Positions 21,128-29,882 are shown, numbered from the whole stretch's first letter. The stretch is 63,739 bases of DNA, filler included, from an uncultured Methanosarcinales archaeon (GCA_964550945.1; 24 parts of 24 records of this genome joined end to end with filler, not necessarily neighbours in it); one strand, 5' to 3'. Program-made: numbers and translations. Notes: a model not told the origin generated them from the sequence alone.

Positions 21128-21227
21128 NNNNNNNNNNNNNNNNNNNNNNNNNNNNNNNNNNNNNNNNNNNNTTAATTAATTAANNNNNNNNNNNNNNNNN
21201 NNNNNNNNNNNNNNNNNNNNNNNNNNN

Positions 21228-21933
21228 TTTGCTTGTCTGCAGTGAATGTGTCATCAGAAAAAACAAAAAATGTCCTGCCGCGTTTTTTATTCAATAACTC
21301 AATTTCATCGACAACATTTTTCGCGCTTCTAAACCCGATCTTATTGCCCCATAAATGGGGAGTGTCGCAAAAAATGCACTGGCCAGGGCATCCTCTTGAG
21401 GTTATTATCCTTTTATAGCTGTAATATTCAGCAGGCATTGGCAATGAATCCAAATCAGCAATCGGCTCTCTTTTTTCATTGATTATTATCTCATTATTTT
21501 TGCGGTATGCAATGCCTTTAATTTTATTTGGATTGTTTATGTTCTCTACCAGCTCCAAGAATGTCAACTCGCCTTCTCCTATAACGACAAAGTCGATAAA
21601 AGGGTAGTGCTCTAAAATCTGATTATACATAACAGAAGCATGAGGGCCGCCAATGACAATTTTACAGTTAGGCAATTCCTGTTTTATTAATTTTGCCAGC
21701 TTAAAGACAGCAGGCCTGTTAAATGTGTAGCAGCTGATGCCAACGATATCCGGATTTTCCTTAGCAATTATCTCTTTGGTTTCTCTCCAATCATTATTTG
21801 AAAGATTCAATAAGGTCGTATCATAATTTCTGCTTTTTAGCAAAGAATCTATGTAGGTTAAGCCATTCGGAATAACAATTGATTCAGAATCCCTATCTTC
21901 GAAATTTGACTTGTGGATTAATAGTATCTTCAT
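21228..21933 (-). CDS. B12-binding radical SAM protein, 3' truncated
   Basis: IGGPHA, GEGE, SRGCPGQCIFC. Confidence 0.92.
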
Positions 21934-21945
21934 AACAGGAAGAGT

Positions 21946-22743
21946 TCAACCGATATAGCTAGTCTCTCCTTTTATCTTGCCCTTTAATTTTTTAAGCGCA
22001 GTTCGCTTATAAACTTCATTCAGCTCATCTGTTCTTTTTATGACATCATCCTCTAGATTAGTTATCTCTTTTTCAAACTTGTTCATGTCCACATCAAGGC
22101 CTAGTTTTTTATTCAGAAGCTTTAAAATTTCGCGAGCGCCTTTGACACCCAGATAAACAGGATGGCCGTATGTCTCTGCTAAAAAGGATATAGCTTCTAT
22201 GCGCCTTCTCGACGCTAATCCTACTAACAGGCCAGAAACGCCTACAATTGGGCCAACAACGCCATAGAGCTTGTCACATACTATCTCGTCTTTATATTTT
22301 TGTATGATTTTCTTTGAATTTGCAGTGCAATATAGCTTTGGTTTTTTAGGGATTTCAGCTAAGCCTATGCCTCCTAAAGTGATCAGCTCATTTCCTTTGA
22401 AGGTTTGCAGCAAATCCAGCATTTTTTCAGAAAACTCATAAGAGCTGACTTCATCAATTGGCTGAACATCCCCTGTCAGCAACAATAAATCGCGGCCTTT
22501 TCCATTAAATTTTTTATAATAAATCTCAATAGAGGGAAGCTCAACCAAATTGTCTTCATTAACAAACACAGAATGAGGAAATGTATAAGAGCTGATGCCA
22601 TAAAGTTTTTTTGCGCCTAATTCCTCAACAATAAAATCAACTGCAACCTTTCCCACATTTCCAATTCCTGGCAAGCCCTCAATTAATATAGGGTTGTTCA
22701 GGTTAGGCTTTTTGCCAAATTGAGATATTTTCCAGGTACTCAT
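21946..22743 (-). CDS. PAC2-family proteasome assembly chaperone
   Basis: EGLPGIGNVGK, GDVQP, ITLGG; conserved synteny with nop10 and aIF2-alpha. Confidence 0.9.
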   Translation of the reverse strand: MSTWKISQFGKKPNLNNPILIEGLPGIGNVGKVAVDFIVEELGAKKLYGISSYTFPHSVFVNEDNLVELPSIEIYYKKFNGKGRDLLLLTGDVQPIDEVSSYEFSEKMLDLLQTFKGNELITLGGIGLAEIPKKPKLYCTANSKKIIQKYKDEIVCDKLYGVVGPIVGVSGLLVGLASRRRIEAISFLAETYGHPVYLGVKGAREILKLLNKKLGLDVDMNKFEKEITNLEDDVIKRTDELNEVYKRTALKKLKGKIKGETSYIG

Positions 22744-22913
22744 ATTGATCCTTCGATTGCTAGCTGCTCTTTCTTTGCCTTTCTTCTCAGGTAGCCAAAT
22801 TTATCTTCAGGGCTGTATTTCGCAGGCTTAGCTAAAACTGCCTCGCCACCACAGGAGCATTTTTCTTTCATTGTGTAACTACCGCAAGTTTTGCATTTCA
22901 ATATGTGCTTCAT
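22740..22913 (-). CDS. nop10: H/ACA RNP protein Nop10 (57 aa, below ORF-track cutoff)
   Basis: MKHILKCKTCGSYTMKEKCSCGG...PAKYSPEDKFGYLRR. Confidence 0.93.
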   Translation of the reverse strand: MKHILKCKTCGSYTMKEKCSCGGEAVLAKPAKYSPEDKFGYLRRKAKKEQLAIEGSI

Positions 22914-23692
22914 TTTTTTTCTGCCCTGACAAATTCGTAATCGCCTTGGTCTTTTTTGATGGCTGTTTCTATTATTGACAGGCTTTTTTCAAGAATTTTT
23001 TCTGCGTTTTTATAATCGCTGGATTTTACACTAACCTTATACTTGCCTCCTCCTGTGAATAGTATAGATATATTTCCTTTGCCGCTTTCCTCAGCTTTTG
23101 TTAAGATCGCTTTAACCACATCAACGCCGTCTGGCGAATAGCTTTTTAATGTTAATGCGCCCCTAATTTCAACTTCATGGAGCTTTATCCTTTGCTTTAT
23201 AGTCTCGTCAAGCAATTTTGTTTCTTCCTGGCTTAACCCAGGGTCCTTAATGCTGCTTTCTCCACTAACAATGCTCTCAAAATAGTGGTATAAGCTAGGG
23301 TAATCTTTTACTTTGCTGGCGACCTTATTGAATAAAGTTTTAACATCTAAGTTCAGTTTTTTAGCAACATGCTCTATTATGTTTTCAACCAATTGCTCCT
23401 GCTTTACCTGGTTGATCTTGTTTCGCTTTTGTGACTCATTAACTCTTCTTAGAGAAAGATCTATATGGCCTTTTTCGGTGTTTATCCTCAAGACCAGGCA
23501 TACAACTTTTTTGCCTTCTTTTACAAAGTCTCTTATATTCCTGATTCTTCCAGGGCTTATTTCCGAAATGTGTATCATGCCTGGCTTTACATATTCATCC
23601 AGATCAACAAAAACAGAATGGAATTGGATATTTGTAACAGTACAAAGCACAAATTCGTCTCTTTCAGGAAAACCTTCTTTCTTTAATAGCAT
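22910..23692 (-). CDS. eif2a: Translation initiation factor 2 alpha subunit
   Basis: S1 domain IHISEIS..RIRNIRD, GHIDLSLRRV. Confidence 0.95.
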   Translation of the reverse strand: MLLKKEGFPERDEFVLCTVTNIQFHSVFVDLDEYVKPGMIHISEISPGRIRNIRDFVKEGKKVVCLVLRINTEKGHIDLSLRRVNESQKRNKINQVKQEQLVENIIEHVAKKLNLDVKTLFNKVASKVKDYPSLYHYFESIVSGESSIKDPGLSQEETKLLDETIKQRIKLHEVEIRGALTLKSYSPDGVDVVKAILTKAEESGKGNISILFTGGGKYKVSVKSSDYKNAEKILEKSLSIIETAIKKDQGDYEFVRAEKK

Positions 23693-23877
23693 TACTCCAA
23701 GACCTCTAATATCCTAGCTTTGATCTTGCTTTTTCCTCCTGTCGGCTCCACCAATATTTTGCTGCAAACAAGGCATTTCACAATTGAGCTGCTTTTTCCA
23801 AAAGTGATCTGCTCATTCTTGCATTTTGGGCACCTAATCTTGATAAATTTGCTTGTTGGTTCTCTGATTTTGACCAT
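23692..23877 (-). CDS. rps27e: 30S ribosomal protein S27e
   Basis: SKFIKIRCPKCKNEQ...C..C...PTGGK. Confidence 0.96.
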   Translation of the reverse strand: MVKIREPTSKFIKIRCPKCKNEQITFGKSSSIVKCLVCSKILVEPTGGKSKIKARILEVLE

Positions 23878-24087
23878 AAAAATTACCTCCTATGTTTTAA
23901 AAAGAAAATAGATGTTTATTTATATATCTTTCTAAGCAAAAAAATGAAAATGTATAAATATAAGTGCCACTTTAGTAGTGATATGAGNNNNNNNNNNNNN
24001 NNNNNNNNNNNNNNNNNNNNNNNNNNNNNNNTTAATTAATTAANNNNNNNNNNNNNNNNNNNNNNNNNNNNNNNNNNNNNNNNNNNN

Positions 24088-24363
24088 ATAATCCATAAAT
24101 TGAAAGGTAACACATCAATTCAATTAAGGAGATGCTTTCCTGAATTAAGGTATCTTGGCTACAAACAGCATTTCGGAAAAGGATTTGATAATCTTTGGGC
24201 AAGAGGTTATTATTGCGGCTCTGTAGGTCATGTAAGCCAAGAGCAAGTCAAAAGATACATCTTAGAGCAGGAAGGAAAGGATGTTTTCGAATATGATATT
24301 TATGGCTGTCCTGAAAGCTTGAAAGGCCAGCTTAAAATTGGCGATTTCATAAAATTGTATTAA
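24088..24363 (+). mobile_element. tnpA: IS200/IS605-type Y1 transposase TnpA, 5' truncated (DGR1-linked)
   Basis: KG.TS, LWARGYYCGSVG, catalytic-Tyr helix YILEQ; 80/87 aa identical to the copy at 43166. Confidence 0.9.
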
Positions 24364-24425
24364 CCACTTTATAGTAACACCAAAGCGAAAAGTTTAAATA
24401 CTAAGTTGAAATTCTTATTCCTGAA

Positions 24426-25292
24426 ATGACGGATTTAGTGTTAGAAACAATAACTGATGATCTTGCTGGCGGGTATAAACAGCTAGAAAGAGGAACATTT
24501 CAAGAGTCTTCTGAGGTCCAAAACCAGAGAAGGACAACAGAGCCAGATTTGAGAAAGAGATGGGTGTATACTGCTCATGTATTGTTAGCAGGGATTTCAG
24601 AAGGCACCGGTGTTGAGTTTGGTCTGAGTGGAAGACCCGGATTTGATGCCATTGCTGGAGAAGATATTGATAGATTTATAGGAGAACTATTAAATGCCCA
24701 AGGGCGTGTTTATAATCTTACTGATCCTCAAATTCAATTACTACCAAATTTAACAGATATAGTTTGGGCTAATGCATCAAACTTAGGACTAATTAAAGAA
24801 AATGATGAGTGGAGTTACTTTCTCATTGATACTTCTGATTCAAATGCTGAAAAATTAAGCGAAGCGCAAAGATCTTTTGCAGCTAAAGCGCACGGCAGCT
24901 TAACAGCTAAATATGATTCTAAGCAAAAGCTTCCAGATTATGGAGAGAATATGAGTGTGCTCAGTGATGCTAACATTAAACAAACAAGATTTTGGGTGCC
25001 AACTCCGGAGTATATCATGAAATATCTTCAACCAGGAAGAGTTGTTGCGCGGGCGTCTAGGCTTGACAACTTCGATTCCAATTCCTATTTCAATGCTGAC
25101 ATTCATGATGTCTACGACCATCTCGCTCTGCGTGGGGTACCATTAGTCGGCGAAGCCGACGAGCAAAAAATTCGTGATGTCGCAAATTTGCTTCGAAAAC
25201 CAAGAGCACAAGAAATTCTTGCAGCAAGTTTAACTCCTGACACATTTCAAGGTTATGAAAGAGTTGGAACGCTATACAGCGCAAAAAAGTAA
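24426..25292 (+). CDS. DGR1 target (variable) protein, probably CLec-like fold
   Basis: Contains VR 25043-25139; TTTAAATA at 24393-24400 suggests a leaderless promoter. Confidence 0.92.
   Translation: MTDLVLETITDDLAGGYKQLERGTFQESSEVQNQRRTTEPDLRKRWVYTAHVLLAGISEGTGVEFGLSGRPGFDAIAGEDIDRFIGELLNAQGRVYNLTDPQIQLLPNLTDIVWANASNLGLIKENDEWSYFLIDTSDSNAEKLSEAQRSFAAKAHGSLTAKYDSKQKLPDYGENMSVLSDANIKQTRFWVPTPEYIMKYLQPGRVVARASRLDNFDSNSYFNADIHDVYDHLALRGVPLVGEADEQKIRDVANLLRKPRAQEILAASLTPDTFQGYERVGTLYSAKK
25043..25139 (+). repeat. DGR1 variable repeat (VR) with IMH TGGGGT
   Basis: 97-nt ungapped match to TR 25474-25570; 13 mismatches, 12 at TR adenines. Confidence 0.96.
25146..25160 (+). promoter_or_regulatory. 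DGR1 post-IMH DNA hairpin
   Basis: GTCGGC-GAA-GCCGAC. Confidence 0.9.
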
Positions 25293-25322
25293 ATTTTATT
25301 AATAACCCTTTTCTTAAATCAT

Positions 25323-25589
25323 TTGTCTCAGCAAATCTTCCTATTGGTGGAGTAGTGCTGGACTACATGTCCTTTTATTATGGCTTATACCAAGTCATGA
25401 AATACAGCTGTGACACATGCTCTGAGGAGTATAAGGCTGAAACAGCAGTGCAAGATACAGTAAAAGGGCTACATGTTGCGCGGGCGTCTAGGCTTAACAA
25501 CTTCGACAACAATTCCAATTTCAATGCTGACAATCATAATGTCAACAACCATAACGCTCTGCGTGGAATAGCCCAGCAGGCTGAGACAA
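25323..25589 (+). ncRNA. DGR1 structured TR-containing RNA
   Basis: Closed by TTGTCTCAGC (25323-32) / GCTGAGACAA (25580-89); internal stems covary with the DGR2 copy. Confidence 0.75.
25474..25570 (+). repeat. DGR1 template repeat (TR) with IMH* TGGAAT
   Basis: 11 AAY codons, 30 adenines; template for VR 25043-25139. Confidence 0.96.
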
Positions 25590-25597
25590 TTTACAAT

Positions 25598-26674
25598 ATA
25601 GCTAGAGATTTATGGAAAGAATTATGTGGATATGACAACCTTTTTCTTGCATACCAAAAAGCAAGAAAGCACAAAACCACAAAACAATATGTGATTGATT
25701 TTGAGAAAAATCTCAGGGGTAATCTCCTTCTGCTCAACTCAGAACTTCTTCTGCATTCTTACAGCCCAAAGCCATTAGTGAATTTCACAATCCGCGACCC
25801 AAAGACAAGAAAGATATCAAAATCTGATTTCAGGGATATGGTAGTTCATCACGCGCTTTGCAACATAATTGAGCCAATCTTTGAAAAAGGTTTTATTTAT
25901 GATTCTTACGCAAACAGGATTGGCAAAGGAACATTAAAGGCTATTGGAAGGTTTGATTTTTTTAAAAAGAAAGTTAGCAAGAACAACACAGCAAAATGCT
26001 ATCTTCTTAAAGCAGACGTCCAGACATATTTTGAGAATATTGATCATGGAATCCTGCTCAAAATCATAAAAAACAAAATAGCGGACAAGAGGATTATCTG
26101 GCTTATTAGGAGGATTTTGGCAAATTCTTCATGCAAAGAAGGTAGAGGAATGCCTCTTGGCAATCTTACAAGCCAATTTTTCGCAAATGTTTATCTTAAT
26201 GAGCTGGATTGGTTTGTAAAAAACAAATTGAAGGCAAAATATTACATTCGATATGTTGATGATTTTGTAATCTTTAACAGCGATAGGAAAAAGCTTGAAT
26301 TTTACAAGGAAGAGATTAACCAATTCTTGAAAAGTAGATTAGAGGTTCAGATGCATCCAGACAAATCTAGGATATTCAGATTAGGCAACTGTATTAATTT
26401 TCTTGGCTTTCGTGCTTTCTATCATCATAAGATCATCAAGAAGTCAAACCTAAGAAAAATGAGGAACATGCTTCAATTTTTGAAGGAAAAATACCGCAAT
26501 AGAAACATTGATTATGATTCTTTATATGATTTTCTTGAGGGGTGGATTGCATACGCGAAAAACTCAAATACCTATAACTTGAGAAGAAAGATTTTAGCAG
26601 AATTTGAACATGAGTTTCCTAAAGATATATCCACAAAAGAAATTAACAGATATCTCAAGATGCAGAAAAAATAG
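25598..26674 (+). CDS. DGR1 reverse transcriptase (start uncertain)
   Basis: GMPLGNLTSQFFANVYL (DGR-type GxxxSQ), RYVDDF, FLGF; homology to RT2 begins near 25598, where the codon is ATA. Confidence 0.95.
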   Translation: MARDLWKELCGYDNLFLAYQKARKHKTTKQYVIDFEKNLRGNLLLLNSELLLHSYSPKPLVNFTIRDPKTRKISKSDFRDMVVHHALCNIIEPIFEKGFIYDSYANRIGKGTLKAIGRFDFFKKKVSKNNTAKCYLLKADVQTYFENIDHGILLKIIKNKIADKRIIWLIRRILANSSCKEGRGMPLGNLTSQFFANVYLNELDWFVKNKLKAKYYIRYVDDFVIFNSDRKKLEFYKEEINQFLKSRLEVQMHPDKSRIFRLGNCINFLGFRAFYHHKIIKKSNLRKMRNMLQFLKEKYRNRNIDYDSLYDFLEGWIAYAKNSNTYNLRRKILAEFEHEFPKDISTKEINRYLKMQKK

Positions 26675-26681
26675 GATTATA

Positions 26682-26759
26682 CCTCTTGAACAAATGCTGG
26701 AAAGAGGTACGGCATTCATCCCACAAATGAATTTGCGGGTATTCTGCCTACGATTTTAT
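26682..26759. repeat. Dispersed 78-nt palindromic element, empty copy
   Basis: Reverse-complement match to 59213-59342 once the 52-nt insert there is removed. Confidence 0.85.
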
Positions 26760-26915
26760 CACAAGGTGATTAACTTATTCCAAGATAAAAATTCTTCTGT
26801 TTCTGTGAACCAAATNNNNNNNNNNNNNNNNNNNNNNNNNNNNNNNNNNNNNNNNNNNNTTAATTAATTAANNNNNNNNNNNNNNNNNNNNNNNNNNNNN
26901 NNNNNNNNNNNNNNN

Positions 26916-27126
26916 AAAAAACCAGAAAGCCAAAACAGTCTGCATCCAGCTGCCAGACGGCTTAAAGCCAAAGGCAAAAGAGATTGCTGACAAAATAGAA
27001 AAAGAAACAAACGCAAAATTATTTATGTGGCTTGGCTCTTGTTTTGGCGGCTGTGATACGCCTGATTTAAAAAATACCGATTTACTAATCCAATGGGGCC
27101 ATAACAAATGGAAACTCATTTCGTAG
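26916..27126 (+). CDS. Short diphthamide synthesis (Dph2-like) protein, 5' truncated
   Basis: CIQLPDGLKPKA...WLGSCFGGCD...QWGH (manual translation). Confidence 0.8.
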
Positions 27127-27578
27127 TTACAGGGATTATAAGATACAAAGATAGAATATTGATCCTAAAAAAATCTCCAGATGATTATAATTACCCTAAC
27201 AGATGGTCATTCTGCTCTGGCTTTGTAAAGGAATTCGAGCCTGCTGAGAAATCTATTCTGAGAGAAATAAAAGAAGAGACCGGTTTAAATGCAAAAATCC
27301 TGAAAACCGCTGAGCCGATTGTGGTTGTTGACAAGAACAAAAGATGGGTTGTTGCGCCATTTCTATGCGAATCAAATTCCGATAAGATAACCCTAGACCA
27401 CGAAAACACAGAATACAAGTGGATCAGGCCAGAAGAAGCAAAAAATTACAATGGAGTTCCAGCATTCCTTAAGGACTTGGAATTATTCAGCCTATACTCG
27501 TGGACAAAGAAATGTCAAAAACCTTTAGGGTTTTTGAGCATACTCAGAAATCTTGGATTTCTGACATATGAGCAATAG
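27108..27578 (+). CDS. Nudix hydrolase
   Basis: Nudix box G...EFE....ILREIKEETGL; C-terminal tail derives from repeat DNA. Confidence 0.9.
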   Translation: METHFVVTGIIRYKDRILILKKSPDDYNYPNRWSFCSGFVKEFEPAEKSILREIKEETGLNAKILKTAEPIVVVDKNKRWVVAPFLCESNSDKITLDHENTEYKWIRPEEAKNYNGVPAFLKDLELFSLYSWTKKCQKPLGFLSILRNLGFLTYEQ

Positions 27579-27586
27579 TTGTCCAC
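27500..27586. repeat. Nested palindromic element: double hairpin 27512-27567 inside GTGGACAA/TTGTCCAC inverted repeat
   Basis: TCAAAAACC/GGTTTTTGA plus TCAGAAATC/GATTTCTGA; relatives at 59244 and 60299. Confidence 0.8.
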
Positions 27587-27630
27587 TCGTAATAAGTAAA
27601 GAGCTCAAATATTTGTGCTCTTTACTATGA

Positions 27631-28692
27631 TCAAAACCGCTTCTTGAACTTAAGTGGGCTGACCATCAATATTGCCAAAAACAAATATATGTAAGGATAA
27701 GCCTTGGCAGGAACACCTAAGATGTAAACCAATGGAATTACGAGCCCGTTTACTGTTATTGGCATCCCTGCAAATTCGCCATTAAATTCTATGATGTTAT
27801 ATCTTGCAAGCCTCAAGACACCAGCAAACAAAAAAAGAGCAAAAACAATTACTGCAAACTTAGTCTGTATCAATGTAAATCCAAAAATAGCAGGGGCAAC
27901 ACCAAAGCTGATAGTATCTGCAAGCGAATCCAGTTGTTTTCCAAAATCCCCTTCTCTTCCTATCATTCTGGCTACTCTCCCATCAAGATAGTCCAAAACA
28001 ACCGCAAGTATCAATGCAGTTATTGCAAAATAATATCTGTCGCTTATCACTAAAAGTATAGCAAGCAGCCCCATAGAAACATTAAGCAATGTAAAAACAT
28101 CCGGCAGCTTGAAAAGCTTTCTAAAGCTGATCTCTTCCAGCTCTGTTTTATGCCTCACAACCCTTATGCCCGACCTGAAGAATGAGGTGATAAATGAGAT
28201 CGTCATTAACACCACAGATATCCATATCAGGATATAATCCAACCGCCCTGTCAATACTGCAAATAAAGTAAACACCTGCATAAAAACAGCAATCTTATCA
28301 ATAGCGTTTGTCCTGAATACTGTCTTGCTGTTCTTGATTAGAAGATAGACGCTCCCTATGACAATCAGTAAGTCTTTTGCTACATACAAAACTAAAACCC
28401 AAAACGGAAATGAGCCGTTGATAAATAAGGCAATGGCTGTTAAATTAATAAGGATCTTATTTGCAAACGGGTCTAAAATAGATCTCAACTGGGAAGCTTT
28501 ATTTCTGATCTTTGCTAAAAGCGCATCCAAAAAAGCAACAAAAGCAGCCAATATGAAAAGATAAACTGCAAGCTCATCTTTCCCATTGTACATCAAGAAA
28601 AAAACAATAATAGCTAATAATATCTGCAGTAAATCAAGCCTTAGGCCAATGCCTATATTCCTAATCTTCTTTTTGGGTTTGTCCATTTTCAA
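27631..28692 (-). CDS. Tandem CDP-alcohol phosphatidyltransferase: degenerate PgsA-like domain plus PssA-like domain
   Basis: C-domain DYLDGRVAR...GKQLDSLAD and LRLARYN; N-domain motif degenerate (FLDALLAK...LDPFANK). Confidence 0.85.
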   Translation of the reverse strand: MKMDKPKKKIRNIGIGLRLDLLQILLAIIVFFLMYNGKDELAVYLFILAAFVAFLDALLAKIRNKASQLRSILDPFANKILINLTAIALFINGSFPFWVLVLYVAKDLLIVIGSVYLLIKNSKTVFRTNAIDKIAVFMQVFTLFAVLTGRLDYILIWISVVLMTISFITSFFRSGIRVVRHKTELEEISFRKLFKLPDVFTLLNVSMGLLAILLVISDRYYFAITALILAVVLDYLDGRVARMIGREGDFGKQLDSLADTISFGVAPAIFGFTLIQTKFAVIVFALFLFAGVLRLARYNIIEFNGEFAGMPITVNGLVIPLVYILGVPAKAYPYIYLFLAILMVSPLKFKKRF

Positions 28693-28939
28693 AAAAATAA
28701 CCGCAATAACTATGGGTTACATGCTCATTTAAGGCTCTCGGATATTTTCTGCAGTTCAGTGGCCTGAGATGATATATTTTGCATATCGCCTTTTTGTTGC
28801 TATCAAAACCCAAAAAAAGGCATTTATTAGGCAGTTTGCAGCATTCACCGCATCTTTTACACGAGCCTTTTCTATCCCTTCCAATAGGCAATACTGATGT
28901 AAAAGTTCTAACCAATTTGTTAGCATAATTGTTTTTCAT
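28661..28939 (-). CDS. Cys-rich YkgJ-like putative Fe-S/Zn protein
   Basis: CKRCGECC, C.FL, C.IY..RP..CR.YP. Confidence 0.8.
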   Translation of the reverse strand: MKNNYANKLVRTFTSVLPIGRDRKGSCKRCGECCKLPNKCLFLGFDSNKKAICKIYHLRPLNCRKYPRALNEHVTHSYCGYFFENGQTQKED

Positions 28940-29544
28940 TAAAACTCCCCTATAACTGTCTCGCCAGCTTTGACTTTATCTCCAACCTTAACAGCCAACC
29001 TAACATTTTTAGGGATAATAAGGCAAACCTGGCTTCCGATTACAATCCTTCCTATCCTGTCGCCTTTATTAATTTTCTGTTTTTCTTTCAGAAAACATTG
29101 TATCCTCCTTGCTATAAACCCTGCAACCTGTATTACCTTTATTTTTCCTATCTTTGTTGACAGTATTATTTCATTACTCTCATTCAAAAGGCTCTTTTCA
29201 GTGTCAAAAGCCATAAAAAATTTCCCCTCTTTGTGTTCGATACTTATCACTTCGCCATCAATTGGCGCTCTATTAATATGCACATTAAAAATGCTCATAA
29301 AAATAGAAATTAGATAGCCAGCATCAACATCAGAACATAATGTATTCACCTTTCCGATCAACCCCTTTTTTATTTTAACATTATCTTTATCTATCTTGAT
29401 GATATTGATGATCTTTCCATCTGCAGGCGCCACTAAATTATTTCCTGGTGTAACTGTTCTTTCAGGGTCTCTAAGAAACACAAGCCTATAAAAAAGTAAA
29501 ACTAGTGCAATCCCTGTTAGAGAACTAATCAAAGCGACTTCCAT
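28939..29544 (-). CDS. psd: Phosphatidyl-/archaetidylserine decarboxylase
   Basis: FLRDPER, APADG, IFMSIFNVHINRAP, GS self-cleavage site. Confidence 0.92.
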   Translation of the reverse strand: MEVALISSLTGIALVLLFYRLVFLRDPERTVTPGNNLVAPADGKIINIIKIDKDNVKIKKGLIGKVNTLCSDVDAGYLISIFMSIFNVHINRAPIDGEVISIEHKEGKFFMAFDTEKSLLNESNEIILSTKIGKIKVIQVAGFIARRIQCFLKEKQKINKGDRIGRIVIGSQVCLIIPKNVRLAVKVGDKVKAGETVIGEF

Positions 29545-29586
29545 TCTAACAATCTTTTTATCGCTATTTATAAGTTTTGTTATGTT

Positions 29587-29639
29587 CTGAAGTTTAACAG
29601 TTTCCTTTTAAACCTAAATAGGGTTTGCACTAGGTCTAA
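29587..29639. mobile_element. Terminus of a second multicopy IS-like element, copy 1
   Basis: 53 nt identical (reverse complement) to 61672-61724; both at contig edges; outer end CTGAAGTTTAACAG. Confidence 0.65.
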
Positions 29640-29742
29640 NNNNNNNNNNNNNNNNNNNNNNNNNNNNNNNNNNNNNNNNNNNNTTAATTAATTAANNNNN
29701 NNNNNNNNNNNNNNNNNNNNNNNNNNNNNNNNNNNNNNNATA

Positions 29743-29882
29743 CGCCACGGCCCGGATTTGAATTTCCCGACTTTTACAATCTTTCTGAAATTTTTTGCAA
29801 AAATCTCCAGGATACCCTTTCGGGAACAAGCTGTTTATTAGTTATTCCAAGCTTGCGCAGTGCCAGGTTGTGCCACCGTGGC
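29743..29882 (-). tRNA. tRNA-Ser(GGA) with two introns (37/38, 12 nt; 53/54, 44 nt)
   Basis: GCCACGG/CCGTGGC acceptor, CAAGC/GCTTG anticodon stem, long variable arm, TTCAAAT T-loop. Confidence 0.9.

Noticed and set aside
23960..24100. tnpA-DGR1 inserted next to rps27e
   Set aside because: A linker separates the two; adjacency is artificial
25293..25473. Possible avd gene between target and TR
   Set aside because: Only about 180 nt; the frame is not conserved with DGR2, and conservation follows base pairing rather than codons
25355..26674. RT as group II intron or retron
   Set aside because: GxxxSQ motif, adenine-specific TR/VR pair and IMH hairpin identify it as a DGR RT
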